64,000 nt of DNA, from assembly GCF_006345805.1 (NCBI RefSeq), contig NC_043006.1, forward strand, positions 72,478,001-72,542,000, given 5' to 3'. This DNA comes from Octopus sinensis. Its lineage: Eukaryota. Shown in pieces: positions 61,738 to 64,000 of this stretch. Positions within the stretch are counted from its first letter, which is position 1. Each line of letters starts with the position of its first letter. The position numbers were made by a program, and so were the translations under genes. Under the pieces are notes generated by a model. It saw nothing but the letters and a program-made list of their open reading frames with translations, was not told where the DNA came from and did no database searches.

Positions 61738-62325
61738 GGAGTGGCTGTGTGGTAAGTAGCTTGCTTACGAAACACATGGTTCCGGGTTCAGTTCCACTGC
61801 GTGGCACCTTAGGCAAGTGTCTTCAACTATAGCCTCGAGCCGACCAAAACCTTGTGAGTGGATTTGGTCGACAGAAACTGAAAGAAGCCCGTCGTATATA
61901 TATGTGTGTGTGTGTGTGTGTGTATGTAAAAAGCACCCACTACACTCACGGAGTGGTTGGCGTTAGGAAGGGCATCCAGCCGTAGAAACACTGCCAGATT
62001 TGACTGGGCCTGATGAAGCCTTCTGGCTTCACAGACCCCAGTAGAACCGTCCAACCCATGCTAGCATGGAAAACGGACGCTAAACGATGATGATGATGAT
62101 GATGATGATGTGTGTGTGTATGTTTGTGTGTCTGTGTTTGTCCCCCCGACATCACTTGACAACCGATGTTGGTGTGTTTACGTCCCCGTAACTTAGTGCT
62201 TTGACAAAAGAGGCCGATAGAATAAGTACCAGGCTTACAAAGAATAAGTCCTGGGGTCAATTTGCTCGACTAAAGGTAGTGCTCCAGCATGACCACAGTC
62301 AAATGACTGAAACAAGTAAAAGAGT
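61738..62325 (+). mobile_element. Young family A SINE with a family B tail (61927-62110) nested in its TG microsatellite
   Basis: Intact head and 3' part; insert flanked by the 12-bp direct repeat TGTGTGTGTATG. Confidence 0.85.
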
Positions 62326-63867
62326 AACCCAAATAACATATGTAGTATATTCAAAATTATCCTGTGATGGACTGGTTTCCCATCCAAGGAGGGATATATA
62401 TATATACTAGAGAAACTGGGAAGAATGTGAACTGAACCATATTCAAAATTTATTTCCCACCTAGGAGGAAATATTCTACTACATAGTTTATCTTGTTTAT
62501 TTTTCTTTTCATTTTGATACTTCCAGATTAATTCTGTAGTCATCTATAAGCCCTATAATTCCGTAGTCATATATAAACCCTACAAGAACTAGAATCCTTG
62601 CATCAGTAAGACCTTAATGTGTATTCACCCTTTATATGCTCTACACTGATAAACATACAACACTGTTTAAAAGTTAGAATAATTTAGATTCTTCGTTCAT
62701 GGCAGCAAATTAAGTTGAATAATTTCCAGCTTCCAGTTCACTTTTTGTTTAACTTCAACATTGTTATTCATATTATAAGTCATGTTTGAAGAGCTATCTA
62801 ATTCATACTGATACAGGAAAGCAAATGTAAACCTATTAAAAATATTTATATGGAAACATTGTTCTTAATGATTTATTTTTTAATATATGATTAATAGAAT
62901 CATAACAGACAGCAGAAGTAGAAATGGGGTTTTCCTTGCAAGTAACTTCTTAGATTTTTGTTTTCTCTGAGCACATTTGTTCTTTTTATTGCCACTTGAT
63001 CTGTTTGATTACATGTTTCTGCTGTTGCCAAGGAGATTAATCTCATGCATATGAATTAACAAGATAACTTGTGCATAGGTCTCAATTTGTTCCATGTAAT
63101 ATCATCATCATCATCATCATTATCATCAAACCATGGATGTTACTGTCTCAAATCCCAGGACTCATAGTACCAGTTACCTGGTTTCCATGGCATACATGTC
63201 TGAAATGGCAACATATCTCCCTGAATGAGATGCCAGTCTGTTATGGTGTTACTTATTTACAGCTGAGTGGACTGGAGCAATATGAAATGAAGCGATTTGC
63301 TCAAGAACACAATGCAACATCCAGTCCAAGTATCAAAAAACTGTGATCTTGCAATTGTGAGTGCAACATCTTAACCACCTGGCCACCCGTGTAGTAGCCA
63401 AATCATTATCATTAAAGGGAATCTATGTTTTAAGTCTTAGATTTTAGAACTTGATTAGATGGTCATACCTACAAAATGCAAATTATACAATTTGTCAATT
63501 AGCTATTTTTGTGCTATATGTCCACCCGAGAAGAGCAGACTAAAGCTTCAAAATCAAAATTAAGGAAGAAAAAATTATATTTTGGTGTTGGTTACAGATA
63601 GTTAGAAATAGAGCAAAGGCCTAGTTCATAGCAACTTATTTGCTGCAACAATCTGTTTGTGATATCTACAGGGCAGTTAAGCAATGTGTTTACTTTCAAA
63701 GATAAATATTTTGAAGCGTGTGTTTAAATTGGCAGCTAATTATTTCATGTAAATCATGCAGTTAGAATTCTGTTAGACATCCACTGATCTCCGATTCACT
63801 ATTTCTTAGGACCCAAATAAATTATAGTTAGGATAGGAAATACTGTTTTCAACTGTTAAGAATTGTT

Positions 63868-64000
63868 TGGCGTGGCTGCATGGTAAGAAGTTTGCTTCCT
63901 AATCACATGGTTCTGGGTTCAGTCCCACTGCATGGCACCTTGGGCAAGTGTCTATTGTAGACTATAGCCTTAGCCTAGCCAAAGCCTTGTGAGTGGATTC
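63868..64000 (+). mobile_element. Family A SINE head (runs off the window end)
   Basis: GTGGCTGCATGGTAAG..GGGTTCAGTCCCACTG..CCTTGGGCAAGTGTC. Confidence 0.8.

Noticed and set aside
61610-64000. Further GBF1 exons (HUS/Sec7 region)
   Set aside because: No GBF1-like peptide with splice signals was found; the gene must continue beyond the window.

Overview
AT-rich, microsatellite- and SINE-dense animal genomic DNA. The repeat families point to an octopus (inference). The only host gene I can support is the 5' part of GBF1 (Golgi brefeldin A-resistant ARF-GEF) on the + strand. It has seven coding exons (22383-61609; 1095 nt, 365 codons, all GT-AG, phases consistent) encoding the DCB region and the following disordered linker. 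The gene continues past the window end, and its non-coding first exon was not pinned down. A CpG-retaining domain (~11.2-21.2 kb) lies upstream. It contains promoter-like motifs, splice signals suggesting a divergent unannotated minus-strand transcript, an inverted pair of hammerhead-ribozyme-like motifs (15.2-15.6 kb), a 150-bp near-perfect hairpin, and a 1.9-kb foldback-type DNA transposon. That transposon has GG..CC ends, an 8-bp TSD and ~620-bp TIRs built from tandem repeats (Merlin-like). The 25-kb intron after the ATG exon holds a nested stack: an antisense CR1-type LINE with an open ORF1, interrupted by an AcademX element (3-bp TSD; its removal restores the CR1 frame) and by a DD37D/maT-type Tc1/mariner. 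The rest is RTE, CR1/Jockey-like and Penelope fragments, tRNA-derived SINEs, MITEs and a 114-bp minisatellite. Family assignments come from motif recognition by eye; no database search was run. SINE and LINE fragment boundaries are approximate.
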